Source: Malacoraja senta (lineage: Eukaryota). From it: a stretch of DNA of 64,000 nt. The first letter of the stretch is position 1, and each line of letters opens with the position of its first letter. The DNA is taken from positions 20,090,001 to 20,154,000 of the forward strand of contig CM075989.1 of the NCBI GenBank assembly GCA_038087875.1, in the 5' to 3' direction. A program made the position numbers and the translations under genes. This document shows, piece by piece, positions 1-12,346 of this stretch. Under the pieces are notes generated by a model, which saw nothing but the letters and a program-made list of their open reading frames with translations, searched no databases and was not told where the DNA came from.

Positions 1-1224
1 AATAAGGGTTATGAAACCAACGGAAAAGAATATTTATGTTCTCCAAATGTGCGACACTGTAAGCAAAACCTCTCTTCAAAATCAATCTATGGTGCTCATC
101 AATTCAATGTGCAACCAATAAATTTGGGTAATAAATCTTGCTGAACAACTCAAAAATCAGAGTAATTAAAAGACAAACGTCTGCAAAACAACAAAGTGAT
201 AAGAACTAAGTGGTTGGTGAAAGAATAATATCTTGCAATCTAATCTGCTAGTACCACTGATTAAAATGAGTGGTGAACCAAGTTCCTAAGAAACCTGCCT
301 GGACAAGAAAATCTGTCCATCCTATTTAACAACATAATATTTTTTACCAAGCAAGTGTCTCATTTATTAATGTCAACTAATCATTCTTTTATGCACCATG
401 CTCATGTATTACATCTAATTAATTAAAAAAAATAACCTTTCAGTGCATGTCTAATTCTATTGACGTTTGCGAGATGAAACCTGCACTCTGAAGCCAAATG
501 AAAAACTGTTGTTGCTTTCTTAATCATTACCACTTGCGTGGATTTTTTTTTTTGTTAAAGCTGCAAGGGAAAATAAAAGATTCTTTAGGCCCCAGTGGCG
601 GTAATCCAAGTTGGCAGTCCTGAGACGTTGGGGCTCCAAGCCTTCAACCTGAAGAACTGTCAGGTCCCTGGCCACAGTCCAAGCTGCATACCTTCAGACA
701 ATAAGATTCCAGATTTGATGAAGAGTATATTCTGGCCTTGGTCGCCACAATCCTCCGAGATTCCGGATGGAAACGAGAAGCATTCCTGGCATGACTACAT
801 CCAGAAATCCCTCTTGGTTTGTCCTTGCTTCATTGCCAGTCCAAAATTGATTAACTCTATATCACCAGCTGCAGCTTGGTAGTTCTTATTATGACTCAAA
901 CCCATCAAAAGCAATAACAATTTTTTCAGTCTTCTGCACTCTCCAAAAAATGCCATCCCACTCGTGTAACGCGAGGACAACCTGCATCAATCACGCATGG
1001 ATCTGAAGACTTATCGTTGACCTTCCCTTACGGTAAAAACACGAGTGATTAAATTACTGATCTAAGGCTGAAGAAAAACGTCCTCTGTCCATTCCGTCTC
1101 CAGATGGACATGGCACGGTGCCGCTAACTAATGCTCACAGGGGAAGATAACATAGGACAACAGAAGACACACATGGCCATTGAGGACCAGCGTTAACCAA
1201 TTGGCCTGAATGGCCTTCTGCTTT

Positions 1225-1535
1225 GGCAGCACAGTGGCGTAGCGGTAGATTTGCTGCCTTACAGTGAGAAGAGACCTGGGTTGGATCCTGACAATGGGTG
1301 CTGTCTGTATGGAGTTTGCACATTCTCCCCATGACCTGCAGGGGTTTTCTCCGGGTGTTCCGGTTTCCTCGCACATTCCAAAGATGTACAGGTTTGTAGG
1401 TTAATTGGCTTTGGTAAAATTGTCAAATATCTTTCATGTGTAGGATAGTGTTAGTGTGCGGGGATCGCTGGTCGGTGCGGACTCGGTGGGCCGAAGGGCC
1501 TGTGTCCGCGCTATGTCTCGAAACTAAAACTAAAA
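1225..1535 (+). mobile_element. tRNA-derived V-domain SINE (HE1-like), near full length
   Basis: A/B-box head, central GGAGTTTGCAC.TTCTCCCC...GGTTTCCTC V-domain, CR1-like 3' end GGGCCGAAGGGCCTGT and (CTAAA)n tail. Related copies at ~3255-3545, 4925-5135, 5330-5510, 16640-16890(-), 43060-43240, 56735-57175(-), 58410-58530, 59460-59772(-), 59820-60000. Confidence 0.8.
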
Positions 1536-3788
1536 CCCATTCAGTTCATCCAGCACTCGTTTGGCTGGTAATTAAATTATTAGGCTAGCAATAAATAATA
1601 TAGTGTAACATCTAATCACCTGCTGCATTGTACGTTATATTATACTGAATTTTGAAGTCCAATTTCATGGATTAAGAATAAACATTTTAAAGTGGTGCTG
1701 TTAAAGATGTCTTTAATTTATGCTGAAGCGAACATGAGTTTAAGTGTGCTTTGCTGTTGTGTATACATAGTTGTTTTAATACTTATTTTTTGTGTTCTTC
1801 ATTGCAATAGTCTGTGTTTTACCATAGCTTCCCTTAGTCATTTATAGGACTTTGGGTAATCTGCATTTGGAGTATTGCATGCAGTTCTAATCACCCTATT
1901 TACAGGAAGGATGGAGAGGCTTTGGAAAGGGTGAGGAGGATGTTTAGCAGAATGATACCTGGATTAGAGTCATGGATTAATACAGCGTGGAAACAGGCCC
2001 TTTGGCCCAACTTGCCCACATCGATCAAAATGCTCTGTATACACTAGTACCACCTGCCTGTCTTTCGTCCATATCTCTCTAAACCTATCCAGTCCATGTA
2101 CTTGTCCAAATGCTTTTTCAACATTATCTTGGTACCTCCTCCGGCAGCTCGTTCCATATGCCTACCACCCATTGCATGAAAAGAGGAATGGGGAAGATAT
2201 GAGTTATGTGCAGGCAGGTTAGTGTTGGTCTTGGCATCATGTCGGGCAAAGGCATTGTGGGCCAAAGGGCCTGCTTCTCTGCTGGACTGTTCTATGACCA
2301 TTTGCCCAGCATTAAAGGTTGTCATGACCATAATGTCATTTCCAAAAAGACTGAAGCACATGTCAGAAAAATAAGGTTGAGTAGATAAATTTCAGATGTT
2401 GACATAAAACTTGCAGTGTGCGTGATGTCTGGGAGGAGACTTTGGCAGGCAGTGTATCACTGTGGGTAATTAGTTCTACATTTGGCTTCTACTCCACTCT
2501 GCTAGTGAGAGGTAATATTTTGAACAATTGAGATAAATATCTGTAGAATCATTGAAAATATCCCGGCACAACGGGGTCCGGTTTAGCTCCGAACCCTTAA
2601 TAATCATAGTTTGCTCAAGTAAAATGCTCCAGAGAGAAGAATATGATGGGACCTATGGCCATAACTTGCAACACAATCTCAACAGGCGTGTTTGGTGGTC
2701 CTAACGCAAAGCAGATCAGTGGCAGCAAGGATAAAATAAATTGGCTCATGGACAGAAAGCAGAGAGTCATGGTAAACAGTTAGGTTCTTTAGACTGGAGG
2801 CTAGTCAACAGTAGTTCCCAGATGTTTACTGCTGAGATATTTTGTTTGATATCTTTAAATTACTTGAATATGAGAGTGCAGAGTAAAACCCCAAAATTTG
2901 CAGAGTTCAAACTTGGAGATGGGGTTAACAGAGACTGGAAGACTACATGTTGTAATGGGCTGTGCTGTTCTCTGTTCCACATGGATAGCCTGGCAGAAAA
3001 TGTTTGCAAATATCTTCTTGCGTGTGGCGTGCACAGCCTAAAGTTGTAGGACAACTTGTTCTATTTGATCTTACTTGATTGTGCACGCCAGGTTGATTGC
3101 ATTCGTCGAAACAGGGTGGACCACGTGAAGGTTGCAAATATCCCTTTGCAAATATCGAATGAAACCAATTACAGAAAAGTCTGAAATGGCACAATAGCAG
3201 AACAAGGGGAGACAATACAGGCTAAATAGGTGCAGAAGAGATTTACCAGAATATGGCACAGTGGGTTAGTGGTAGAGTTGCTGCCTTGCAGCGCCATAGA
3301 ACCAGGTTCGATCACGACTATGGGTGCTGTCTGTACAGAGTTTGTACCTTGTCCCTGTGACCATGTGGGTTTCTCCAGATGCTCCGGTTTCCTCCCACAT
3401 TCCAAGGATGTGCAGGTCTGTAGGTTAATTGGCTTCTGTAAATTGTCCCTAGTGTGTAAGATAAAACTAGTGTACGGGTGATCGCGGAGCTGCGCGGACT
3501 CGGTGGGCCAAAGGGCCAGTTTCCACGCTGTATCCCTAAACTAATCTGATCTGCTGGAGGAATTCAGCGGTTCAGGCAGAATCCATTCAGAACCCACCCC
3601 TCTCTATTCCGGATTTGCCATTTTTTCCCTCATCACCCCCCCCCCCCCCCCGTCCCCACCTCCCACTTCACCTCACCCCATTCTCCTCTCTTCACCATCA
3701 CTCCCTCAGCTTCTACAGTTCACTCCCCATCTTCCTTTCTTTAACTGATTCCACCATTTACACCCTTTTGTCTTCTCCACTTATCCAC

Positions 3789-4056
3789 AATTAAGGGACA
3801 AAAATTTAGGGGTAACATGAGGGGGAACTTCTTTACTCAGAGAGTGGTAGCTGTGTGGAATGAGCTTCCAGTGGAAGTGGTGGAGGCAGGTTCGATTTTA
3901 TCATTTAAAAATAAATTGGATAGGTATATGGACGGGAAAGGAATGGAGGGTTATGGTCTGAGTGCAGGTAGATGGGACTAGGTGTGAGTAAGTGTTCGGC
4001 ACGGAGTAGAAGGGCCGAGATGGCCTGTTTCCGTGCTGTAATTGTTATATGGTTAT
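3789..4056 (+). mobile_element. CR1 LINE 3' fragment (young subfamily)
   Basis: Near-identical to 18575-18845. Confidence 0.85.
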
Positions 4057-6442
4057 CACATCTAGCCTTGGTTACTCTACCTTCAATCTTCCCCCCGCCC
4101 CCCACCCCCCACCCCCCACCCCTCCCCATCTATCATTAACCATTTCTTACCCCACCCTTTCCCTTCACCTCTTTCTACCAGGTATTCCTGTTATTACATT
4201 AATGAGCCTGTTAATCAGCGGCACATAAGACTTTCATTGTTCTATTGCCGCTACATATTATTAATTAAACCCGCTTAACTTGCCTATTTCCCCTCTATCA
4301 GTCTGAAGAACCTGAAATGTTGTCTGTCCATTTCCCCTCCACAGCTTGTTGAGTTCTTCCAGCAATTAGTGTATTGCTCATAAAATAACTTGTTATATCA
4401 AGGTTGCACCATATCACTGAATAAATGGATCAAGTGTATACATATTTGAAATGGACAAGAATGAAAGGCTGGTAAATCACGCTGAATCTTGGGCTTCATA
4501 AGTAGAGGAATAAAGTACAAAAGCAGTGCTACGCTAAATATTCATAAGACTTGCAACTACGGTACTATATCCAATTTTGACCACCACATTTTAAAATGGA
4601 AGTGAAGGTACCAGGTGGTTGAAGTGATTTATTGGAATGGCTTTAGTTATAGAGAGGACTCCTCTTACAAGATTAGATGAGAGAAGCTGGGTTTACCTTG
4701 TGACAGATGATTGAGATTTAATAGAAATATATAAGATCAAAGCCAGCTCAGGTGGGGCAAAGAGTAAATGTAAGAAATAAATTTGCAATAGAGACAGCAG
4801 TTGTGATTTAGTCATAGAGCACAGAAATAGGCCTTTCAGCCACTAAATTCAATTTCTCCTACATAACTGATACTTGGTCTAGAGCTTCTATGCCGTGATA
4901 ATTCAAATGCTTTTTAATTCCTTAGGGCAGTCACGGTGGCACAGTGGTAGAGTTGCTGCCTTACAGCAAAATGCAGCGCCAGAGACCCGGGTTCGACCCC
5001 AACTACGGGTGCTGTCTGTATGGAGTTTGTACGTTCTCCCCGTGGGTTTTCTCCAAGATCTTCGGTTTCCTCCCACACTGCAAAGACGTACAGGTTTGCA
5101 GGTTAATTGGCTTGATAAAAATGTAAAATTGTCCAAGTTGGCGATTTGCAGAGTACTGCCCTGCCGACTACAAAATTCAGAAGATACACCATTTAAGAGT
5201 ACCTGTTTCGATCACTCAGTCGGGGAATAGGATCCAGATTACAATCACCATCTGGCTGTAATATTATTTTCCTCAGATCCCTTCTAAATCATTTCCCCCT
5301 TTATCCTAAGCCTTTGTCCTTCAGGATGTGACGTGGGTTTTCTCCAGATGCGCTGGTTTCCTCCCACACTCTAGACATGCAGTTTTAATTGGCTTCTGTA
5401 AATTGCCCTTGGTGTGTAGGATGCAAAAGTGAGATAACATAGAACTAGTGTGCGGTCGGCGTGTACTCGATGGGCTGAAGGGCCTGTTTCCACGCTGTAT
5501 TTCTAAACACTCTATATATGCTCCTCATAATTTTGCATATCTCTATCAGATCCATACTCATTCTCCTCTGCTCAAAGGAAAACAAACCCAAGGATTTCAA
5601 ATTAGCTTTAATCACCTCTAATCACTGGCAACCCTCAACCTTGTAACTTGTTTGTAAGAAGTACAAATAGCACAATTCAAAGCTACAAAAACATTTATTT
5701 TGGTACAGCCAAGTCTTTCTCAGGTCGGACAAATGAGCAAAAGGAAAATTTCTGCTGCTGTATGGAGACAGTACATCAGTGACCAAAGCATCAACCAGTT
5801 GGCTAGTTTGTACATTTACTAGTTTGAGACACTGGTAAAAACCAACATCTTTGTCTATAGGTAGACAAAAATGCTGGAGAAACTCAGCGGGTGAGGCAAC
5901 ATCCATGGAGCGAAGGAATAGGTGACGTTTCGGGTCGAGACCCTTCTTCAGACTATGATTGCTATCACAGATGGTACCTGGATTGATTTAGGGACTACAG
6001 TGAAAGTCCATTCTTAATGGCAAGCTATAAAATGTAACTCTAATCTGAATCTGAATACCTGTATGTTCACTTGCTGATCCTTTTTCTGAGAGAGCTGATA
6101 TTCAAAAGGACACAAAGTGCTGGAGTAACTCAGTGGGTCAGGCAGCATCTCTGGAGAACATGGATAGGTGATGGTTCAGGTTGAGACCCTTATTCAGAAT
6201 CTAGAGAACATGGATAAGTGACGTTTCGAATCAAGACCCTTCTTCAGACCAGATGCTGTCTGACTTACCGAGTTACTCCAACACTTTGGGTACTTTTGTG
6301 TATTAACCAATGTCTGTGGTTTCTTGATTCTACATTTTGAGAGTTGATATTGTTTATAGATTTTGTTAGTATTTAATACTATGTTACCAATCAATCCTGA
6401 AATCGTACTGTGTTTGAAACCTCCATAAAAATTCCTTTCTAT

Positions 6443-7337
6443 AGGGAGGTTGCACGGCAGTCGGGTCACGACCCATGATCCGTACTGTTGCTACGCTACG
6501 CCAACTGGAGTACACGCAATGAACTGCAGGTAAGCACTGACCATTGTTTCCAACGTAGCGGGCCCGTTAAAACCCGCCAAAATGGTCAAGTTTTGCGCTG
6601 TAAATAATTATGGAAATCGGGATAAGCGTGAGAGACATTTAGCCTACTTCAGAATTCCAAAAGTGAGGAGAAATTACAGTAGATAGAAACGAGAGCTGAA
6701 GGGACAGCAACAGCCAAAGGGCTTGGCGAACAATGGCCGTTTGCTCACTGCATTTCATCAACAGTAAAGCATTATTTGTGTTTTTTCTTGATTCCTTTGG
6801 CATCTAAAAAGTTTCAGAAGTGATAAATCTGGCTGTAAAATTTAAAAATCGCCCACGGTTCTCAAGTGGGTTTTTACATACAAAAAGAAAACGCCTCTGA
6901 AGCAAAATTTAAAGCCAGATTTATCACTTCTGACACTTTTTAGATACCAATCAAGAAAAAACACAAATAATGCCTTATTGTTGATGAAATGCAGTGAGCA
7001 AACGCGATAATTCCCAATATTTTCAATTTCGATATCTGCACGGCCAATGTTCGCCAAGCACTTTAGCTGTTGTTGTCCCTTCAGCTCTCGCTTCTATTTA
7101 CCTTCATTTCGCTTCACCTTTGGAATTCTGAAGTTGGGTACATGTCTCTCACGCTCACCCCGATTTCCAGTTTTTTACACCGCAAACAATTCAACATTTT
7201 GGCGGTTTTTAACTGATAGGAAAGTACGCGTTTCGTGTATTAACAACATATACCGGAAGCTGCGATGTCCTCCAGATGGATTGAGCGGCTCCGTGCGTCA
7301 AGCCCTATGACCCAGTGACCTTACGTGCAACCCCCCT
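6443..7337. mobile_element. Non-autonomous fold-back DNA transposon with THAP-domain remnants (ISL2EU/PHIS-like)
   Basis: 14-bp TIRs AGGGAGGTTGCACG / CGTGCAACCCCCCT (1 mismatch) flanked by AT on both sides; long internal inverted arms that translate to a decayed THAP zinc finger. Confidence 0.75.
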
Positions 7338-7437
7338 ATACCCAAACTGATTGTTCAAGAAAGTCCAGATAACACAAGCATGGTTGCTTTACTTTACTGC
7401 AATACGAATGAAAGAGCTCCTCAGGAGATGGCAGCTA

Positions 7438-7829
7438 TAGGTCCACCACCAATTTTGCTGCACCCTCGGTTCCAGAGCCTTTCTGGATTATCCGTTTTGC
7501 TGGACCAACAGAGGTCACGACCTCCAAGAGGAGTCCAACGGTACTGGAACTGTCCCCCTAGGCTGCCGAGATGCCAGCTTGCAAAGTCAGCCTCGAAAGT
7601 TGGCTAAGGGAACGGATCTGCCAGCTCCAACCGGGCCAGAGTTCCTGAGCACTGGCCACGGGTGGAAAATTCAACCCGCCAATTTTCTGCGGAAGCCCCG
7701 ATGAGGTAGAAATTGGCCGCCTGGCCTGGCCTTAACACCATATATTGGGGGAACTTCCGGGGAGGATTTTAAGTCAGGATTGAAGAAGGTGCAGGACCAC
7801 CAGTTGGTGGAAAATCTGTGGTGGACCTA
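7438..7829. mobile_element. MITE with TA target duplication (Tc1/mariner-pogo-like)
   Basis: TA-TAGGTCCACCAC...GTGGTGGACCTA-TA: 12-bp perfect TIRs extending imperfectly; no coding capacity. Confidence 0.7.
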
Positions 7830-8106
7830 TATTTCATATTACCTGCTGCTGCTACAGAAAAAACATTGAAAATATGGGATCATGTATCCCATGAAAAGCC
7901 ATGACTGACTGACTATTTTAACTAATTTTTTCATCACCCTACACGGACCAAAATAAAAATAATGAATTTACAATTTAATATTCAGAGAAATACATTTAAA
8001 CCGACTGTACAAGTTCTAAATGTTGCTATGAAATGCTTGAAAATGGAATCTATAAATTCTCTGGAATGTCAATTGACAGAAAGATCACCACTTTCCCGAT
8101 AATTCT

Positions 8107-8339
8107 TTAGTTCAGTTTGCCAGCTGCATCTTTAGCTTTGTTGATTAATTTGTGCATAAACGAATAGAAAAAAAGTAGATTGTCATATTCGCCATTGTAG
8201 TTCTCTTTTAAAAGCCGTCTGTGATAATCAACTAGAAAATAGTAAATGGCCTCGATTGTAGCGAGATAGGTGTCTGGTTTTCCTTTCTGCCTTCGCCAAA
8301 AATGTGTCTTTCGTGATCTTAGCTCAACGTGAAGCAATT
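8107..8339 (-). CDS. DTWD1: DTWD1 last coding exon ([35 protein letters not shown]...AAGKLN*)
   Basis: Acceptor ctctctgcag, phase 1 matches the previous exon; FWR...[10 protein letters not shown]...YDNLLFF motifs. The four exons total 984 nt (327 aa plus stop). Possible ATTAAA polyA signal on the minus strand at 7974-7979. Confidence 0.96.
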
Positions 8340-9241
8340 CTGCAGAGAGAAAGGCATAAGATAATATTTATATTTTCTGAAAACAGCCAACAGTTCATTT
8401 ATATTCTTATTGATATGACATCATGTATATCAAAACTTCACAGAAAATAAATAACCTACTATTTAGGGTGGAGATAGCAAAGGCTGAAGAACCCAGCTGT
8501 AAAGTGAGGAGGGCAAACTTTAAAGGAGATGTGTGGGGCAGGTTTTCTTTACATAGAGGTGTGGTAGGTGTCTGGAACGTTCTGCCAGAGGTGATGGTGG
8601 AGGCAAATATGATAGTGACATTTAAGAGGCCTTTAGATAGGCACATTCATATGCAGGGTGTGGAGGGATATGGATCATGTGTAAGCAAACAAGATTAGTT
8701 TATCTTGTCATCAAGGTTGTCATGGACACTATGAGCTGAAGGGTCTGTTCCGATGTGCACTGTTCTATGCGGATACCAGGAACTGCAGATGTTAGTTTAC
8801 AAAAACGACAGTACTGGGGGAACTTTGAAGACACAGAAGGGTGTTTTATTTTTTTTAAAGACACAAAGTGCTGGAGGAACTCTGGCTCACCCGGCATCTC
8901 TGGAGAACATGGATAGGTGACATTTTGGGTCGGGACTCTTCTTCGGAATCGTAACTTCACCTATCCATGTTCTCCAGAGATTCTGCCTGAGTTACTCCAG
9001 CACTTGTGTCTGTACGATGTTCTTGTCTGTGTTCTATGTTCTTCTCTGAAGAAGGGTCTCGACTCGAAACGTTGCCTGTCCATTCCCTCCACAGATGCTG
9101 CCTGACCCGCTGAGTTCATCCAGCATTTGGTGTTGCTTATATATTTATTTGTTAGTTACTGACTCAGAATGTTTGGTGATCCTCTTTAGAAAACATTTTA
9201 AAATCAAAAGCAAAATCCACCACTGTTAAGATGCACAGTAC

Positions 9242-9563
9242 CTTGTAGCCGTTCATCAGTGATTATTTTGTTTGTTTGATTCCATGTACTATCTATAAAT
9301 ATCACTCGTTTTAATGGGGTCGGATGTGTCTCCATCTCTCCAGCATTCTGCTCTTTTACTGGATTCTCTTCATCCAAACTCTGTTCATGTTTATGGTCAT
9401 ATTTTGCACGTTTAAGTGCTGGACCTTCGCATGTAATGTTCTCATGACTGAGGGCATTTTTGGAAGATTTTGTTGGTTGAGGTTTCTTGCCAGCAATGGT
9501 AGATAAGTACTTTGGAAGATCGTCAAGAGCAATCGACTTTGGACCAGGGAACACCACAGCAAC
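9242..9563 (-). CDS. DTWD1: DTWD1 coding exon containing the DTW motif (VAVVFPGP...[23 protein letters not shown])
   Basis: Acceptor ctgatcttag, donor CAAG|gtactg; 322 nt, ends in phase 1; DSTW signature motif. Confidence 0.96.
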
Positions 9564-10108
9564 CTAAGATCAGCAAAGGCAGGAATTAAGGAAATGGTAC
9601 AAGGCAACAAAAGATGATAATACAAACCATTCCTTCATAAGTTTCAGACTTCTAGTTATTCTTGTATGGAACTTCCTATAGGGAGGTTGGGCTGACAAGG
9701 CTAGACTATTTTAATTCAAACAAGACCATAAGACGTAAGGGCAGAATTAGGCCATTCAGCAATTGAATCTGCTCTGCCATTTATTCGCGGCTGATTTATT
9801 TGATGCTCTCAATCCCATTCTCCTACCTATTTTCTGTAACCCTTGACGCCCTTACCAATCAAGAACTTATCAATCTCCGCTTTAAAAATACCCAATGATT
9901 TGGCTTCCACCTCAGTCTGTGGCAAATGAATTGCACAGATTCACCACCCTCCTCGTCTCCATTCTAATATCACTTATTATCCTGTTGCGAAGGTTCAACC
10001 ATAATCATATAAGAAAACGGAATGAGACATCAAACTAAAACAGGGAGGTGAACAGTAAACACAGCACGTGATCTTAGATAATTAGCGACTACTTTTCCGA
10101 TAACTCAC

Positions 10109-10252
10109 TTCATTGCTTATATCCTTGTACTCTGGCATGCATGGATATGTGTAAATATTAACATCATCTTGGGCCAACAGTTTTGCATGTACAGCAGTAC
10201 TTTTGCCATCAGTCTCATTGGGATGTTTGATAATATCAATCTTCAGCGGGAG
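10109..10252 (-). CDS. DTWD1: DTWD1 coding exon ([48 protein letters not shown])
   Basis: Translated by hand (not in the ORF track); acceptor ttccatttctag, donor GAA|gtgagt; 144 nt, phase 0-0; HPNE..GKSTA motif of the DTW domain. Confidence 0.96.
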
Positions 10253-10882
10253 CTAGAAATGGAAAATATATTAACCTTTTTTAAGACTTGAATTAACAAA
10301 ATATGTTAGAAAGAACAAGCAGTGCACATGGAATTTTTGATCACAAAGTACATTTTTAGGGAAATATGATAGCAAATTCTGTAAGTTGAAGCTCCGTGTT
10401 AAAGCAAAACAGAATTACATGTCTTTCTAGGATATGGGTGAGGCTCCATCTCGAGTTGGTTTAAGACCATAATGACTTGGAATTAGATGTTTTGCAAGAT
10501 CACCTCTGGGAAAGTTAAACGTCAACTTTCCAGAGTGTGGTTCGGATCATGTGCACAAGGTTTGGTCTAGTGTATGCTTGCCTGCTGGACATATGTTGTA
10601 TATAAGTGTTTTTAATTCGGAGAATTAGTTTCAGCTGTGACTCACCACTGCATGAATAGGGAACAAGGCGGCCAAGATCAGTGTAGGCCCTGTAATTAAA
10701 AACATTAACTGTGGACTTGAATGATGTCGAACAAGAATTGATGGGATAAACAGCCCAACTGTTCCAGTGCAGATACAAGAAACTGCGGGTGCTGGAATCT
10801 TGAGCAAAACACTAAGTACTGTAGGAACTCAGTGAGTCAGGCAACATTTGTGGAGGGAATGGATAGATGATGTTTCAGGTTA

Positions 10883-11230
10883 GACAATAGACAATAGGTG
10901 CAGGAGTAGGCCATTTGGCCCTTCGAGCCAGCACCGCCATTCAATGTGATCATGGCTGATCAACCCCAATCAGTACCCCGTTCCTGCCTTCTCCCCATAT
11001 CCCCTGACTGCTATTTTTAAGAGCTCTATCTAGCTCCCTCTTGAAAGCATCCAGAGAACCTGCCTCCACCGCCCTCTGAGGCAGAGAATTCCACAGACTC
11101 ACCACTCACTTTGAGAAAAAGTGTTTCCTTGTCTCGGTTCTAAATGGCTTACTCCTTATTTTTAAACTGTGGCCCCTGGTTCTGGACTCCCCCAACATCG
11201 GGAACATGTTTCCTGCCTCTAGGGTGTCCA
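10883..11230 (-). mobile_element. CR1 LINE 3' fragment
   Basis: Reverse complement of a CR1 ORF2 C-terminus and 3' UTR with short repeat tail. Other CR1 fragments at ~1835-2300, 8490-8770, 9725-9960, 12790-12975, 26065-26222, 27715-28190, 29570-29850, 34900-35705, 41800-42040, 43690-44020, 51010-51350, 52200-52420. Confidence 0.75.
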
Positions 11231-12061
11231 ACGCTAGAGGCAGGAGGTTGGGACAATTCTTCAGATATTTATTTCTTGTGGCAAATGTTTACTGTTCCTT
11301 TTCATCTACTCTAAGCATCTATAAAAATGTTAAAATGGAAACAAGGAACTGCAGTTGCTAGTTTACAAAAAAGACAGAGTACTGGAGTAACTCAGCAGGT
11401 CAATAGACTTTGGAGAACATCTCTGGAGAACATGGATAGATGACGTTTTGGGTCGGGACCCTTCTTCAGACTCCAGTTCTTCTTCAAAGTAGACGTACCT
11501 TGAGGATATTCAATAGTGGAGCAGTGAAATGTAGAAACAAGGAAATGCAGATGCAGGTTTACCAAAAAAAGGACACAAAGTGCTGGAGTAACTCAGCAGC
11601 TCAGGCAGCATCTCTGGAGAAAATGGACAGGTGATGTTTCGGGTCAGGACCTTTCTTCAGACCCGAATAAAAATGTTATTTCAGGGTGAAGTGCAATGTT
11701 TGGGCAATTTACTGATGAGGAATTGAAAAATTCAACAAGGTTATGAATATTTGAATCAGTACAGCAAACCATTTTTTTATTGTGGTGATCACTGACCAGA
11801 CCATATTTATCGTCTTGAGCCAACCACCTTTGTGGGTGTGGAGCCTGAGTGAGACCAAACAGGGTGAGGACAGTGTGGTAGTGATACAATTATTTTACCA
11901 AGAATAATGTTATAACCTTTTTAATTACTTAAACCTAGATCCCCCAGCAGTTGGATGGATCTGGATTAGAGGTCCAAAATTATGGTTGTTAATCCATTAA
12001 AAAGGCTGGACTATTAAACCACTCAAAGCACAATAATTAACATATAATTTCAATTACTGAC

Positions 12062-12346
12062 CTTAACCTGAGGTATTTTATCAGAGTTGACACCATCAAC
12101 CAGAATGAAACATGAATAACAATAAAACATCCTCGAACTCTGGCACTTTGGACATTTTGATCGCCCCTTTTGTTGGACTGTTTCTAACACTGTCTGGGAA
12201 GCCAGTATCAAATCCTTTATAAAATCAGAGCCTCCTTCGTCGACTTCACTTGATTGTAGGCTCGGCCTTTCAGGTTTTTCATTTTTCTTTGAATCAGTGT
12301 GAAGTTCTCCTTTAATACTTCCGGTATTTTCCAAGTTTACTGACAT
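12062..12346 (-). CDS. DTWD1: DTWD1 first main coding exon (MSVNLEN...GRSKCPKCQSSRMFYCYSC...IPQVK)
   Basis: ATG at 12346; 95 codons with the CxxC...YCxxC motif of the DTWD1 N-terminus; donor AAG|gtcagt at 12061, phase 0. Confidence 0.95.

Noticed and set aside
595..980. Overlapping ORFs 595-882 (+) and 795-980 (-) in non-repetitive sequence
   Set aside because: No recognisable domain or convincing splice structure; non-ATG starts.
1225..1295. tRNA-like A/B boxes
   Set aside because: Head of a SINE, not a complete tRNA cloverleaf.
9676..9689. CTATAGGGAGGTTG matching the left end of the 6443 element
   Set aside because: Similarity stops after about 14 bp and there is no partner end; probably chance or a tiny remnant.
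10504..10535. Small hairpin CTCTGGGAAAGTT...AACTTTCCAGAG in a DTWD1 intron
   Set aside because: Only a 12-bp stem; no snoRNA boxes or pre-miRNA length evident.
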